Source of the DNA: a virus
Lineage: Duplodnaviria > Caudoviricetes
IMG/VR virus record: IMGVR_UViG_3300025875_000590
Coordinates: 1 to 64,000 of that record
Direction: 5' to 3' (one strand)
Length of the DNA: 64,000 nucleotides
Under the pieces are notes generated by a model. That model had not been told where the DNA came from. It did not search any database and saw only the letters and a list, made by a program, of their open reading frames with translations. Made by a program: the position numbers and the translations under genes. This document shows positions 35,092 through 45,509 of this stretch, piece by piece. The stretch's first letter is position 1, and each line of letters opens with the position of its first letter.

Positions 35092-36860
35092 GCCGCGGCC
35101 CACACGTCGTCGGGGACGTCGGCGTCGGCGAGGGTGACCGCGGCGGCCGGGTCGTGCGCGGCGATCGACGCCCGGACGGCGTCCTGGTGCGGGCCGGCCA
35201 TCCAGGGCACCAGGCGCAGCAGCACGGGCCGGACGCCGGTGGTGAACAGCACCGCCCGGCCCTTCGGGATCGCGCCGAGGTCGGCGACGTCGAGGACCCG
35301 CTCGCGGTGCTCGGACCACGAGCGCGAGCGGGAGTCCTTGCCGGTGGAGCCGGAGCGGGTGACGTCGCGGAAGGTGCCGGTGAACTTCGACAGGCCCTCG
35401 AGGAACTCGTCCTCGGAGACGCCGGCGCCGACGACGCGCAGGTTGGCCGCCGACCACAGCTTCCGCATGCCCTCCCGGCCCCACACGTCCACGCCCTGGG
35501 ACCAGGACTGCAGGAACGTGATGACCGGCATGCCGCGGGAGCCGAGGTGGCTGTAGAGGTCGGGCAGCTGGTGCCACCTGCAGATGTTCGCGGCCTCGTC
35601 CAGGCAGAGCAGCAGCGGCACGCGCAGCCGCCCACCGGGGCAGGTCTTGGCCTCGGCCTCGGCTGCCTCGGTGACGGCGACGGTGAGCGCGGTGACCAGC
35701 GGCCCCGCCGAGGCGTCACCTTCCTTGGACAGCAGGTACAGCGTGTCGGTGGAGACGACGAACGCCGTCGGGTCGAACTGCGGCCGGGCCCCGGTCGGGT
35801 CAGTGATCCACCGCTCGGTGCGGGAGCTGATAAGGAAGCTCATCAGCTCCTGGGCGGTGCCGTAGATGCCGCCGCGCTGCTTGGGCTCCATGCGGATGAC
35901 CGCCTGCACGGCCTTCGCCGAGCGCACGAAGCCGGCGGCCTTCAGCAGCCGGGCGGGCTCGTCGTCCAGGGAGTCGGTGAGCCAGTCATAGACCTGGGTG
36001 ATCGGCCGCGGGTCCGGCTGGCCGGTCTCGGGGTCGACGCCGCGGGCGGCGGCCAGGCACAGGTTCCCGATGAGCGAGGGCCCGGCCTTGTCGAAGTAGG
36101 CGTCGGTGCGGGCGCCGGGGTCGCGGGCGGCGGAGACCAGCGTGCGGGCGAGCTTCAACCCGGACACCTCGTCGTGCACGGCGCCGAGCGGGTTCCACCA
36201 CCAGGTGGGCTCCTCGTCCGCGAGGCCCATGGGGTCGAACACCCAGATGCGGCCGGTGCGGGCACGCAGGTCGCGGGTGGCGTCGGTGGAGTCCCGCTTG
36301 TTGCTGGTGGCCAGCACGGGGCAGCCGGGGACGGAGAGGATGGCGGTGATCGCGGCCGAGGTGGTCTTGCCGCCGCGGGGGCCGATGATCCACACGGCGA
36401 CGGCCTCGAAGTCCTGCCACAGCGGCTGCCCGCCGGCGACGGCCCGCCCGACAGGGAAGCCGGGCACATCGATGCCCAGCCGCCGCGCGGTCCGGGTAGC
36501 CCCGGCGGTGGAGAGGTCGGTGAGGTCCTTCCCGCGGCCGAGGTGCCCGGCGGCCCGGTCGATGGTCTTACGCCCCCGCCGGGCACGGCGGGCGAGCAAC
36601 CCGACGAGCACGGCGAGGACGACGACCGGCAGCGTCAGCAGCGCGAGGGCAAGCCACCCGCGCTCGGGCCACGCCGCCTCCCCCGAGCGCAGCTGCAGCG
36701 CGAGGACGAGCGGATGCCAGGGCAGGCGGACACCGTCCCCGTCAAGGACGGCACCGAGGTGCGCGGTGCCGGTGAACACCCCGGCCACGCCGGCGACGCC
36801 GAGCAGCGCGGCCAGCCCGAGCAGCCCCTCACCGCGGGTCTGCCGGTCGGTGGCGCTCAC
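35088..36860 (-). CDS. virD4: Type IV coupling protein (VirD4/TraG-like)
   Basis: N-terminal TMs, GPRGGKTT, ATSNKRD, LDEAANIC, FLQSWSQG. Confidence 0.9.
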   Translation of the reverse strand: MSATDRQTRGEGLLGLAALLGVAGVAGVFTGTAHLGAVLDGDGVRLPWHPLVLALQLRSGEAAWPERGWLALALLTLPVVVLAVLVGLLARRARRGRKTIDRAAGHLGRGKDLTDLSTAGATRTARRLGIDVPGFPVGRAVAGGQPLWQDFEAVAVWIIGPRGGKTTSAAITAILSVPGCPVLATSNKRDSTDATRDLRARTGRIWVFDPMGLADEEPTWWWNPLGAVHDEVSGLKLARTLVSAARDPGARTDAYFDKAGPSLIGNLCLAAARGVDPETGQPDPRPITQVYDWLTDSLDDEPARLLKAAGFVRSAKAVQAVIRMEPKQRGGIYGTAQELMSFLISSRTERWITDPTGARPQFDPTAFVVSTDTLYLLSKEGDASAGPLVTALTVAVTEAAEAEAKTCPGGRLRVPLLLCLDEAANICRWHQLPDLYSHLGSRGMPVITFLQSWSQGVDVWGREGMRKLWSAANLRVVGAGVSEDEFLEGLSKFTGTFRDVTRSGSTGKDSRSRSWSEHRERVLDVADLGAIPKGRAVLFTTGVRPVLLRLVPWMAGPHQDAVRASIAAHDPAAAVTLADADVPDDVWAAA

Positions 36861-37036
36861 GACAGCCGCCCGATCGAGGCGAGATGCGCGCGGAGCGCGG
36901 TGAGCTGGTCCCGCTTGACCCGAAGCTGCCGGAAGACGTCGTCGGCCGCCGCCGACATCGCCTGGTGGGCGTAGGTGAGGCCCGCGATCTCGGCTTCCCG
37001 GTCGGCCAGGTGCTCGGCCAGTTCCGCGTCGGTCAT
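36857..37036 (-). CDS. Small coiled-coil protein
   Basis: ATG 37036, overlaps virD4 start. Confidence 0.5.
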   Translation of the reverse strand: MTDAELAEHLADREAEIAGLTYAHQAMSAAADDVFRQLRVKRDQLTALRAHLASIGRLS

Positions 37037-37044
37037 GCCACCGC

Positions 37045-38709
37045 TCACGCCGCCACGCCCTCGAGCGGGGGCAGGTCGGCGATCGACCCGATGCGGGACA
37101 CGTCGTGCCACAGCTTGCTGGTGTCGTTGAGCGCCAGGTCCTGCTCGATGCTGGTCAGCTGCAGGTGGAACGGGATGCCGGGCTTCGTCTTGACCTTGAT
37201 GAGGAAGTGCCCCTGCCCGGGCGGGGCGTCCTCCGCGCCCGTCTTGGGGTTCCACGCCGAGGGGTCGGTCCAGCCGATGAGCATGTCCCGCTCGGCGCGG
37301 GAGAACCGGGCGACGCCGCGGAGCAGCTCGAACTCGCTCTCCGGCAGCCCCGCGCAGATGACCATGCCGGCGCGGGCGACGAGGCCGCGGGCCTTCATCC
37401 GGTCGGACTCGGTGGGGAGGGCGAGCAGGTCCTCCATCGTGTGGCTGACCATCGCCACGCCGACGCCCTTGGACCGGTTGAGCCGGGACAGGGCGTTGAC
37501 CCGGTCGACCATGCCCTGCCCGGCCTGCAGCGCCCGCCACAGCTCGTCCATGATGACGAAGTAGTGGCGGCGCTTCTCCAGGCCGGCGTCGGCGAGGACG
37601 TTGGCGATGTTGACCGCGCCGAACCCGGCCGACCAGCAGGCGAGCAGGACGGCGGCCTGGTAGTCCATCTGCGCGTCATCGATGCGGGACACGTCGTAGA
37701 CGACGGAGCGGTCCAGCCGCATGCGGGTGGTGGTGTGCCGGGCGAAGGTGACCCCGAACCGGCCGTCGGGCTCGGACAGGGCGACGAGGGTCGCCTCGAT
37801 GGACTCGGTCTTCTCCCGGTATCGGGCGAGGTCGCCGCGGTCGATGGCCATGCGCCGCACCTCGGCCGGGGCGTCGCGGATGACGTCGAGCAGGTCGGCG
37901 ACGATCGGGACGTCGGCGCCGGGCGCCCACGGCACGCCGACGCGGCCGGCGGCGCGGGCGTCGGCCAGGCGGAGCGCGGCACCGAGGATGGCCTCCTCCC
38001 AGTCCAGCGGGGGCACCCCGCCGCGGAGGATGGTCATGAGCGCGGCGAGCACGGTGGTGCGCCGGGTGTGGGCCTCGGCGAGGATGACCGACCGGTGCCG
38101 GCGGAGCTCGGTGGCCCGCGCGGTGGCCCCGGCGCGGTCGGCGTCGGCGGCGTAGACCTCGAGCCGGTCGGCGGCGGCCCGCGCGTCGCCGGGGTCCAGG
38201 AAGTTGATGTGCCCGCCCTCGGGGCCGATCTCGATGACCTGCCCGCCGAGGGCGCGGGTGACGTCGACGTACTCGCCCTTCAGGTCCCCGAGGACGAGGC
38301 TGTTGGTGCCGTAGCCGTTGAGGCCGACGACCTGCCGGCGGACGATGGTGCTCTTCCCGAGCCCGGGCAGGCCGAGGATGAACTCGCTGGGGTTGGAGAG
38401 CAGCCGGGCGCGCTGGTACCAGGAGATGGGGTCGCAGCACACGCTGGTGCCGGCGGCGGAGGTGAGGTGGCGGCCCATGGGGACGCCGATCATGGGGGCG
38501 GCGGCACCGGCGGCGAACGGGTAGAGCCCGCACAGCTGGTTGCTGGTGGCCCGAAACCGGTCGATGGGGGCGATGACGAGCTGCGTGCCGCCGGCGGGGA
38601 CGTGCCAGCCGCGCCGCCCGGGGCCGCGCCGGTCGGCGCGGTTCGGGGGCGCGGTGGCCGGCTGCGCACCGGTGGTCTTGCGGTGCAGCAGAGCGCGGAG
38701 GCGGGTCAC
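37045..38709 (-). CDS. virB4: VirB4-like conjugation ATPase
   Basis: GLPGLGKST Walker A, DLKGEY, IMDELWR Walker B. Confidence 0.9.
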   Translation of the reverse strand: MTRLRALLHRKTTGAQPATAPPNRADRRGPGRRGWHVPAGGTQLVIAPIDRFRATSNQLCGLYPFAAGAAAPMIGVPMGRHLTSAAGTSVCCDPISWYQRARLLSNPSEFILGLPGLGKSTIVRRQVVGLNGYGTNSLVLGDLKGEYVDVTRALGGQVIEIGPEGGHINFLDPGDARAAADRLEVYAADADRAGATARATELRRHRSVILAEAHTRRTTVLAALMTILRGGVPPLDWEEAILGAALRLADARAAGRVGVPWAPGADVPIVADLLDVIRDAPAEVRRMAIDRGDLARYREKTESIEATLVALSEPDGRFGVTFARHTTTRMRLDRSVVYDVSRIDDAQMDYQAAVLLACWSAGFGAVNIANVLADAGLEKRRHYFVIMDELWRALQAGQGMVDRVNALSRLNRSKGVGVAMVSHTMEDLLALPTESDRMKARGLVARAGMVICAGLPESEFELLRGVARFSRAERDMLIGWTDPSAWNPKTGAEDAPPGQGHFLIKVKTKPGIPFHLQLTSIEQDLALNDTSKLWHDVSRIGSIADLPPLEGVAA

Positions 38710-40217
38710 AGGGACTCTCCCAGCTCGACGGGGATGATGCGGTGGCGGGCGGGCACGATGCCGAGCAGCCCGGCGTGGCCGATGAGGAACGCGGAGTCCT
38801 GGGAGCCTTCGAGGACGCGGCAGCGGAGCCGGGCGGCGCCGATGGCGTTGTCCATCGCGGCGACCATCTCGGGGTACCGGGCGGGGTCGGTGACGGTGGC
38901 GGTGATGACGAGCCCGAAGTTGAGCAGCCCGGAGCCCTTGGCGTTGGCCTTGGCGTTGGCCTTGGCGGCGGCGAGGTCGTTGAGCACGCGCTCGGTGGGG
39001 CGGCGCATGCTGCCGGCGCGGGTGGCCGCGTTGTTGACGTCGGCCTGCGCGAGGTCCGGTGCCCGGCCGGAGCTGATCGGCTCGTACACGATGGTGACGG
39101 CCTTGCGGTCGACCTCGGGGATCGGCTCGAGCAGCTGCATGAGGACGCTGGAGAACACCTCGCCCTGCGGGGGCAGGCTCATGCCGTAGGTGACCGACAC
39201 GTTCCGGCCGTGCCGCAGGTGGTCGAAGGCGGCGTCGGTGGCGACCGGGCCGACCTCGGACCACTCCAGGTCCACGGGCTCACCGGCGGCGTGCATGCGG
39301 TCGATGACGGCGCGCTGCAGCGGGTCGTAGGCGACCATCATGGCCTCGGCGAGCTCGTCGCTGGTGGCCGGCGCGACGGCACCGGCGCCGGTCCCGGACA
39401 GCCGCCGGTACAGGCCCGGGAGGCGGGCCCCGATCTTGGCGGCCATGTCCTCGGTGGACAGGCGCTTGCCGTTGCCGGTCGCGGTACCGCTGTAGGTGAG
39501 CGACATCCAGGACGTGGTCGACGCCGAGCCCGAGGGGTAGGTCTCGACGCACTCGCGGAGCATGGCCTGCGCGATCGGGTGGGAGCCGGGGTCGGTGGCG
39601 CCTTCGATTTCGGTGCGCAGCCGGGTGCCGGGATCCCGCTCAGTGACGATGGTGACCGCGGCGCCGACCAGGTTGGGCTCGTTGGTGAGGCCGCCGAGCA
39701 GGCCACCGTAGTGGGCGACCCACTGCTCGCGCTGCTCGTCGTCCACCAGCTCCCCGCCCTGGGGCTCGCTGGTGAGGCCGGCGGAGTAGGAGTGGTCGGC
39801 CGGGTGGTGGATGAGGGCGAAGTCCTTCCCGGCGCGGTCGGTCCAGGTGGAGACCTGCATGCCGGCGGCGAGGCCGGGAAGAGCGAAGCCGTGCCAGGGG
39901 ATGGAGCTGGTGGGCCCGGACCGGTAGAGGTGGGCGCCGCGGCTGCGCGCCCACCGGAAGGCGAGGCTCGTGAAGGCGCGCTGCAGGAGGGTGCGGTGGT
40001 GCTGGTCGCGGGCGGTGACCAACCACAGCACGAGCGCGAGCAGCAGCCCGCCGACGGCGGCCTCGAGGATGCCGACGAACTTCAGCAGGAACAGGATCAG
40101 CAGGGACCCGCCGAACAGGATGAGCAGGCCGACGACGCCGAGCTTGCCGACGCCGACGCTCACCGCCCGCCGCCAGTTGCCGAACATGGGCTGCTCGAGC
40201 GCGCTGTCACTTGCCAC
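38706..40217 (-). CDS. SCO6880-family (PrgI/VirB3-like) conjugation membrane protein
   Basis: Two N-terminal TMs, position upstream of VirB4. Confidence 0.7.
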   Translation of the reverse strand: MASDSALEQPMFGNWRRAVSVGVGKLGVVGLLILFGGSLLILFLLKFVGILEAAVGGLLLALVLWLVTARDQHHRTLLQRAFTSLAFRWARSRGAHLYRSGPTSSIPWHGFALPGLAAGMQVSTWTDRAGKDFALIHHPADHSYSAGLTSEPQGGELVDDEQREQWVAHYGGLLGGLTNEPNLVGAAVTIVTERDPGTRLRTEIEGATDPGSHPIAQAMLRECVETYPSGSASTTSWMSLTYSGTATGNGKRLSTEDMAAKIGARLPGLYRRLSGTGAGAVAPATSDELAEAMMVAYDPLQRAVIDRMHAAGEPVDLEWSEVGPVATDAAFDHLRHGRNVSVTYGMSLPPQGEVFSSVLMQLLEPIPEVDRKAVTIVYEPISSGRAPDLAQADVNNAATRAGSMRRPTERVLNDLAAAKANAKANAKGSGLLNFGLVITATVTDPARYPEMVAAMDNAIGAARLRCRVLEGSQDSAFLIGHAGLLGIVPARHRIIPVELGESL

Positions 40218-41439
40218 GGGTGTCTCCTGAGTCGTCGTCGGGGGTGACGGCGCCGGACGCCGCCTGGGACGCCGCGATCGCGGCCTGGATGCCGGCGGAG
40301 CGGGCGGGGCTCATGTACTTGGTGCCGCCGGGCCCGGGCGGGGGTGCGCCGCCGCCGGGACGGCGGGAACCGCCGGTGGTGGGGCCAGACCCCGAGGGGC
40401 CGCCGCCGCGCCGGCCACCGCCACCGCCGGACGTCGAGCCACCGCCACCGCCGCTCGAGGCGCCACCGGCGGCAGCAGCTCCGGCTGCGGGGGTGCGCAT
40501 GATGGCCGCGCCGGCGGGACCGGCGACCGCGGCGGCGGCAATCGCACCGCCCCCGCCCCCGCCGCTGCCGCCGACCATGGCGCCGACGGGGGCGAGCAGC
40601 TTCATCAGGGCGGGCAGCGCGAGGATGGCCAGGGTGACCACGGCGAAACCGCTGATGGCCTGCCCGACCGGGTCGCCGGAGGCGGGGGCCCCCTCAAGGG
40701 TGATGAACCCGAACGCGTAGATGGTGGCCGCGGTCGGCATGTAGAGCAGGTAGGCCAGCAGCCACGAGGTGTGCCGGGCGAACGCGGCCCGCCCGACCTC
40801 GGTGCGGGTGGCTGCGGCGGCGGCCGACGTCGCCCAGGAGCCGGCCAGCAGGGGCAGCACCGCGGACCGGACGACCATGAGGCCCATCTGCCCGAGGCTG
40901 GACAGCAGCGCGAGCACGGCGAGGATCACCAGCAGCGGCCACGCCTGGTCGAGGTCGTCCAGGGCGAACAGCTCGCCGAGGGACTCCCCGAAGTTGTCCG
41001 TGGCCCGCTCGATGATCCAGAACGCGAGGGCGGTGGAGAACGCGAGCATCAGCGCGATGAACGCCAGCCCGGCGCCGCTGATGAGGATCAGCTGCAGCAG
41101 CCCGGCGAGCAGGTCGCGGCCGGCCTGCATGCGCTGGGTCCAGGCGATGCGCCCGGCGCCGATGAGGACGGCGAGCACGGCGATGGCCATGGTCAGCCAC
41201 GACAGGGACCCGGTCAGGAAGCTGATGGTGGGCGCGGGCTGGAAGCCGCCGGTCTCGTAGAAGTCCCCGACCCGGGGCGGGGGCGAGTTCATCCAAAACG
41301 TGGACAGGGAGACGATCGCGTCGCCGGCGGCCTCGATGAAGTCCGTGGCCAGGCCCTGCAGCCCCTCCTCGGCTGCCTGCCCGGCCTTGCACACGAAGTC
41401 GACTACGCCGCAGTCCTTCGGCGGCTCCTCCGGGTCCAT
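40207..41439 (-). CDS. VirB6/TrbL-like polytopic conjugation protein
   Basis: Multiple TM helices, Gly-rich C-terminus. Confidence 0.7.
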   Translation of the reverse strand: MDPEEPPKDCGVVDFVCKAGQAAEEGLQGLATDFIEAAGDAIVSLSTFWMNSPPPRVGDFYETGGFQPAPTISFLTGSLSWLTMAIAVLAVLIGAGRIAWTQRMQAGRDLLAGLLQLILISGAGLAFIALMLAFSTALAFWIIERATDNFGESLGELFALDDLDQAWPLLVILAVLALLSSLGQMGLMVVRSAVLPLLAGSWATSAAAAATRTEVGRAAFARHTSWLLAYLLYMPTAATIYAFGFITLEGAPASGDPVGQAISGFAVVTLAILALPALMKLLAPVGAMVGGSGGGGGGAIAAAAVAGPAGAAIMRTPAAGAAAAGGASSGGGGGSTSGGGGGRRGGGPSGSGPTTGGSRRPGGGAPPPGPGGTKYMSPARSAGIQAAIAASQAASGAVTPDDDSGDTRGK

Positions 41440-42218
41440 CAGCCGGCCGCGAAGGGCACGTAGCCCTCGAGGGAGGTGATGGGGGTGGCCAGCGCGGTGA
41501 GGTCGCCGTCCGGGGGCAGGGAGACCTGCCAGTCCCCGGCCCAGGTGAGGGTGATGGGGGCCGCGACCCGGCCACCGTTCGGGGCCTCGATGACGACCGC
41601 GACGGCGACGGTGCTCATGCCGGTGGACAGGTAGGTGAAGCCGACGATCTCCCCGGCCTGCCCGCTGCCGGTGATGGCGACGGGGTTGGTCGCGGCGAGC
41701 TCGACCAGCGCGTCGCGCCCGGGTCCGGGGGCGGTGAGCTCGCCGACGGCGCGCTCGAGGACCTGCGGGTCGGTGAGGGCGGCGATGAACCCGGCGGCGG
41801 CGAACAGCGCCCCGGTAGGGGTGCGGGCGTAGCAGCGGGCCACGCCCCCGTCGTTGAGGACGGGACCGACCTGCGCGGCGAACGGGGCGAGCATCCGCCC
41901 GACCGGCAGCCACTGCGCGGCCGGGGGCTGCGCCCGGGTGGGCAGCGACTGGTCCTCGGCGGGCAGGTCCGAGGGGCAGGCGGCGAGCTCGCGGCCACCG
42001 ACGGGGCGGGGAGCGACGCCGCTGGGGACCGCGCTGGGGGCGGCACTGCTCGGCGCGGCGGCCGGGGGCGCCTGCTCGGGCGTGCGGTCGTGGAGCAGGA
42101 CGAAGGCGAGGGCGGCGGCGACGGCAACCACCAGCAGCCCGGACGCCCACGTCCAGCCGGGGTGGGCGAACCGGCGCCGCGGAGCGGCGGGGGGCGCGGG
42201 CGTCCGGGTGCCGAGCAT
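41439..42218 (-). CDS. Bitopic conjugation protein (VirB8-like position)
   Basis: One TM, ARCYARTPTGALFAA. Confidence 0.55.
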   Translation of the reverse strand: MLGTRTPAPPAAPRRRFAHPGWTWASGLLVVAVAAALAFVLLHDRTPEQAPPAAAPSSAAPSAVPSGVAPRPVGGRELAACPSDLPAEDQSLPTRAQPPAAQWLPVGRMLAPFAAQVGPVLNDGGVARCYARTPTGALFAAAGFIAALTDPQVLERAVGELTAPGPGRDALVELAATNPVAITGSGQAGEIVGFTYLSTGMSTVAVAVVIEAPNGGRVAAPITLTWAGDWQVSLPPDGDLTALATPITSLEGYVPFAAG

Positions 42219-42526
42219 CAGACGAGCACCGCCCCGATGATCGCGGAGGCGGAGCCGGCGATGACCGCGGCGGCGAGGACCTTCACGACGCCGCCGGTGA
42301 CCTCGACGTGGCCCTGCCGGTTGTGCTCGATCGCCATCTTCCCGGCGACGACGAGCAGGCCGGCGACGCAGAGCCCGAACACGACCCAGGCGGCCCACCC
42401 GAGCACGGTGAGGAAGCCGTCGGAGCCGGGGGGCGCCTCGCCCTGGCCGGGGTCGGGGATGGCGGCCAGCACGTCGAGGGCGGCGAGGTTGGCGGAGGCG
42501 AGCTGGGTGGTGAGCAGGTGCGACAC
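42218..42526 (-). CDS. TrbC/VirB2-like pilin
   Basis: PGQGEAPPGSD..LTVLGWAAW plus two TMs; first gene of operon. Confidence 0.65.
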   Translation of the reverse strand: MSHLLTTQLASANLAALDVLAAIPDPGQGEAPPGSDGFLTVLGWAAWVVFGLCVAGLLVVAGKMAIEHNRQGHVEVTGGVVKVLAAAVIAGSASAIIGAVLV

Positions 42527-42546
42527 GAGGGACCTCCCGGTAGGGG

Positions 42547-42614
42547 GGCCGTCAGCGGACGTGACGGCCAGTTTCCGGGGCGGACTCTACGCCCGCTCAT
42601 GTGGGGGGCGTCAA
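42547..42614 (-). promoter_or_regulatory. Candidate tra promoter plus inverted repeat
   Basis: TTGACG-19-TAGAGT then GGCCGTCA-N7-TGACGGCC before the RBS. Confidence 0.5.
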
Positions 42615-42645
42615 TGGGTGACGCGGAGATCACCGTCCGCTGTGG

Positions 42646-43737
42646 TCAGCCGAGCCCGGTCAGGTCAACGCCGCGGGCGCGGAGGAACGGCACCGGGTCG
42701 ATGAAGCCGCTGGTCACCGAGCCGCCCTGCAGGATCTCGAAGTGCAGGTGGGGGCCGGTCGAGTCGCCGTAGGTGCCGACGCGGGTGATCTGCTGCCCGA
42801 CCTGCACCCGGTCCCCGACGCGCACGAGAACGTTCGCCGGCGTGGCGTGCGCGTAGCGGGTGACGACCCCACCGCCGTGGTCGATGGCCACCAGCGTGCC
42901 GTAGCCCCCGCAGGGGCGGGCGTTGGTGAGGCAGGCCATGACGACGATGCCGTCCGCGGCGGCGACAACGGGCGTGCCGAGGGGAGCACCGATGTCCGCG
43001 CCGTTGTGCATCCGCCCCCAGCGCATCCCGAACCCGGACGTGAAGCGGCCGACCGCGGGCTTCGTCCAGCCCTCGGCGGTGGGAGCCCCACCGGCCAGCG
43101 GAGGCGTCTCCTGGCACGCGGCCCCACCGGTGGCCGGGGAGGGCACGAGGCCCCCGCCGAGCGCGGCAACGACGGCGGTCGCGGCGGGCCAGTACTTCTC
43201 GTAGTGCCACGGGTCGGCGTTGCGCTGCACGGCGTGCGCCGCGGCGGTCGGGGTCATCGTCTGCCAGCCCTGCACGTCGAGCAGCCCGCGCTGCCCACCG
43301 CGCCCACCGGTGAAGAACATGACCGCCGACCCGTAGGCGTCCAGCCGCACCTCCCGCGGCCCCCACGGGTCCCGCTGCTGGAACCACCCCAGAGAGTCCG
43401 GCCCGGCCAGGTCGCCGTGGTCGACGGCGGTGAGAGCGGACTCCCCCATCGAGGTCATGACCCCGATCGTCTGCCCGAACACCGGGACGCCGCTGTCCGC
43501 GCCGGCCTTCATGATCGCGGCGGCGCCGACCAGCTGCGCACCGGAGTACCCAGCGACCGACGCCGCCGGCGCTGGAGCACCCGGTGCGCCGGCGACGGGG
43601 GAGGCGGTGACCGCGCCCTCCCCGCAGACGGTGGTGGTGGCGACCTCCCGGGACCCGGCGATGACCACCCCGACGCCGAGCAGCACGACGAGCAGCGGCA
43701 GCGCGATCGCCGGCAGCAGCCGCAGGAGGATCTTCAC
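42646..43737 (-). CDS. M23 peptidase, conjugation cell-wall hydrolase
   Basis: HNGADIGA, STGPHLHFEI; central GWFQQR..WG lysozyme-like segment; N-terminal TM. Confidence 0.85.
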   Translation of the reverse strand: MKILLRLLPAIALPLLVVLLGVGVVIAGSREVATTTVCGEGAVTASPVAGAPGAPAPAASVAGYSGAQLVGAAAIMKAGADSGVPVFGQTIGVMTSMGESALTAVDHGDLAGPDSLGWFQQRDPWGPREVRLDAYGSAVMFFTGGRGGQRGLLDVQGWQTMTPTAAAHAVQRNADPWHYEKYWPAATAVVAALGGGLVPSPATGGAACQETPPLAGGAPTAEGWTKPAVGRFTSGFGMRWGRMHNGADIGAPLGTPVVAAADGIVVMACLTNARPCGGYGTLVAIDHGGGVVTRYAHATPANVLVRVGDRVQVGQQITRVGTYGDSTGPHLHFEILQGGSVTSGFIDPVPFLRARGVDLTGLG

Positions 43738-44246
43738 TGCACCGGCCGGATCCGCTCGACCCGCCACGGCGAAATCCCGTCCTCCCGGACCATGAGCACC
43801 AGGTAGGGCCCGGCGTCGGTGTCGACGGTGGCCTCGGCGAGCCACGCCGACGGGCTGGTCACCGTGGCGTCGGCGAAGTTGGTGACCGCCACCTCGGCCG
43901 GGTCGGTGCCGTAGTAGGCGGCCTGCCCCGCCGGGGTGAGCAGCCCGGCGAGCTGCTCGTACCAGACGTCGGCCGGGACGTCGGCGGCGTAGGCGCCCAT
44001 CGCCTGCAGCGCGAGCAGGCGGGTGGTCTCGGCGTCGGCCTCGGTCCAGGTGGGCACGGCGGCGCTGCTGGCCGGCAGCTCGTCCAGCGCGGGCGAGGGC
44101 TCGGCCGCGGTCGAGGACACCGCCGAGCTCGGCGGGGAGCTGCTGGCCGTGGGCTTGGAGCTGATGCTCAGGGAGCAGCCGGTGAGGGCGAGCACGGCCC
44201 CGACGGTGACAGCGGACGACAGGCGGCGCATGATGATCCGATCCAC
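43734..44246 (-). CDS. Lipoprotein of conjugation cluster
   Basis: Lipobox LTGC; alternative start ATG 44231. Confidence 0.65.
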   Translation of the reverse strand: MDRIIMRRLSSAVTVGAVLALTGCSLSISSKPTASSSPPSSAVSSTAAEPSPALDELPASSAAVPTWTEADAETTRLLALQAMGAYAADVPADVWYEQLAGLLTPAGQAAYYGTDPAEVAVTNFADATVTSPSAWLAEATVDTDAGPYLVLMVREDGISPWRVERIRPVQ

Positions 44247-44370
44247 AAGGGTTGACGGGATGCCCCATCAGACCACGAGAATGGGCGACACGTCAGCAGC
44301 GGACGCGGAGCCGACGACCGGGGCTAGGCACACTGGCGCGGCCGGTGACACCGAACAGAGGGAGCGCGGC

Positions 44371-44820
44371 GTGGCGGAGCAGGACGAGGCCGACGGCCAC
44401 GGCGAGGGGCTGGCGGGCAAGCTCGACCGCCTGTTCGCCACGGTGCTCAACCCGGCCACCGGCCGCCCGTACAGCCACGAGGACGTCGCCACCGCCCTCG
44501 CCGGTGCCGGTGGCCCGACGATCTCGGCGACCTACCTGTGGCAGCTGCGCCGCGGGCAGCGCACCAACCCGCGGATGAGCCACCTCGAGGCCCTCGCCCG
44601 CCACTTCGGGGTCGACCCCGCCTACTTCTTCCCCGGGGAGCTCGCCGCCGAGGCCGCCGAGCGGATGGCCACCGCCGCCGCGCTGCGCGACACCCGGGCG
44701 CTGGGGATCGCCCGGCAGGCCGCCGCCCTCGGGCACGGCAGCCTCGACGTCGTGGCCCTCGTGGTCGCCCACCTGCACAACCTCGAGGGCCACAACCCCG
44801 TCCGCGTCGCCTCGGCCTAG
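44371..44820 (+). CDS. XRE-family HTH regulator (EspR-like)
   Basis: LAGKLDRLFATV...RPYSHEDVA...ISATYLWQLRRGQRTNP...LEALARHFGVDPAYFF. Confidence 0.8.
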   Translation: MAEQDEADGHGEGLAGKLDRLFATVLNPATGRPYSHEDVATALAGAGGPTISATYLWQLRRGQRTNPRMSHLEALARHFGVDPAYFFPGELAAEAAERMATAAALRDTRALGIARQAAALGHGSLDVVALVVAHLHNLEGHNPVRVASA

Positions 44821-45497
44821 CGGCCCCGCTCCCGGTCCGCCCCGCGCCCGCGCCCGCGGGCCTTCGGTGCCCGGCCCCTTGCCGGGGAGCCCTGCTCGCG
44901 CACCGCCTCGGCCGCAGGCTTGGCCTGCGACCGGCCGGCCAGCACCGCCGCCTCGGTGCCCTCCTTGTCCACGCCGAGCCCGCGCACCCGGTCCTCCGGG
45001 TCGGCGATGAGCACCTCGACCGGCGGCACACCCCCCCGAGCAGGTGCAGCGTCGGCGGCCCGCACGTCGGCCACCGGCACCTCGCTGTAGGCCTCGTGCC
45101 CGGTCTGCACCGCCACCGTCTCCGGCAGATCAGGAATCGACCGCCAGTCCGCGCCGAACCGCTGCTCGAGGACCCGCTCGGCCTGCCGGCGGTCGTCGGC
45201 GGCCAGCACCGCGATCGCCGTCGGAGCCTCGCGGGCATCCCGCCGCCGAGCGGCTTCGGTCATGGGCAGCCCCAGGTCGCCGGTCTCTCGGTCTCGCGGG
45301 CGGACCGCTTCCTTCACCGCGGTGGTCGCCATGCTGCGCTGCCGGTCCGCCGCCGCCTGAGCACCCGCCGAGGACGCCCGAGCGCGAGCCTCATCCTCCC
45401 GCCTGCGGGCCATGTTCTCCAGCACCTGCCCGGCGCCGGTCAGCACGACCCGCTTGGCCCCGTCGAGGACCTCCTCCACACCATCACCCTCGGACAT
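44817..45497 (-). CDS. Hypothetical protein downstream of relaxase
   Basis: GC3-rich ORF following relaxase. Confidence 0.6.
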   Translation of the reverse strand: MSEGDGVEEVLDGAKRVVLTGAGQVLENMARRREDEARARASSAGAQAAADRQRSMATTAVKEAVRPRDRETGDLGLPMTEAARRRDAREAPTAIAVLAADDRRQAERVLEQRFGADWRSIPDLPETVAVQTGHEAYSEVPVADVRAADAAPARGGVPPVEVLIADPEDRVRGLGVDKEGTEAAVLAGRSQAKPAAEAVREQGSPARGRAPKARGRGRGADRERGR

Positions 45498-45509
45498 CGC
45501 TCCCCCTCG

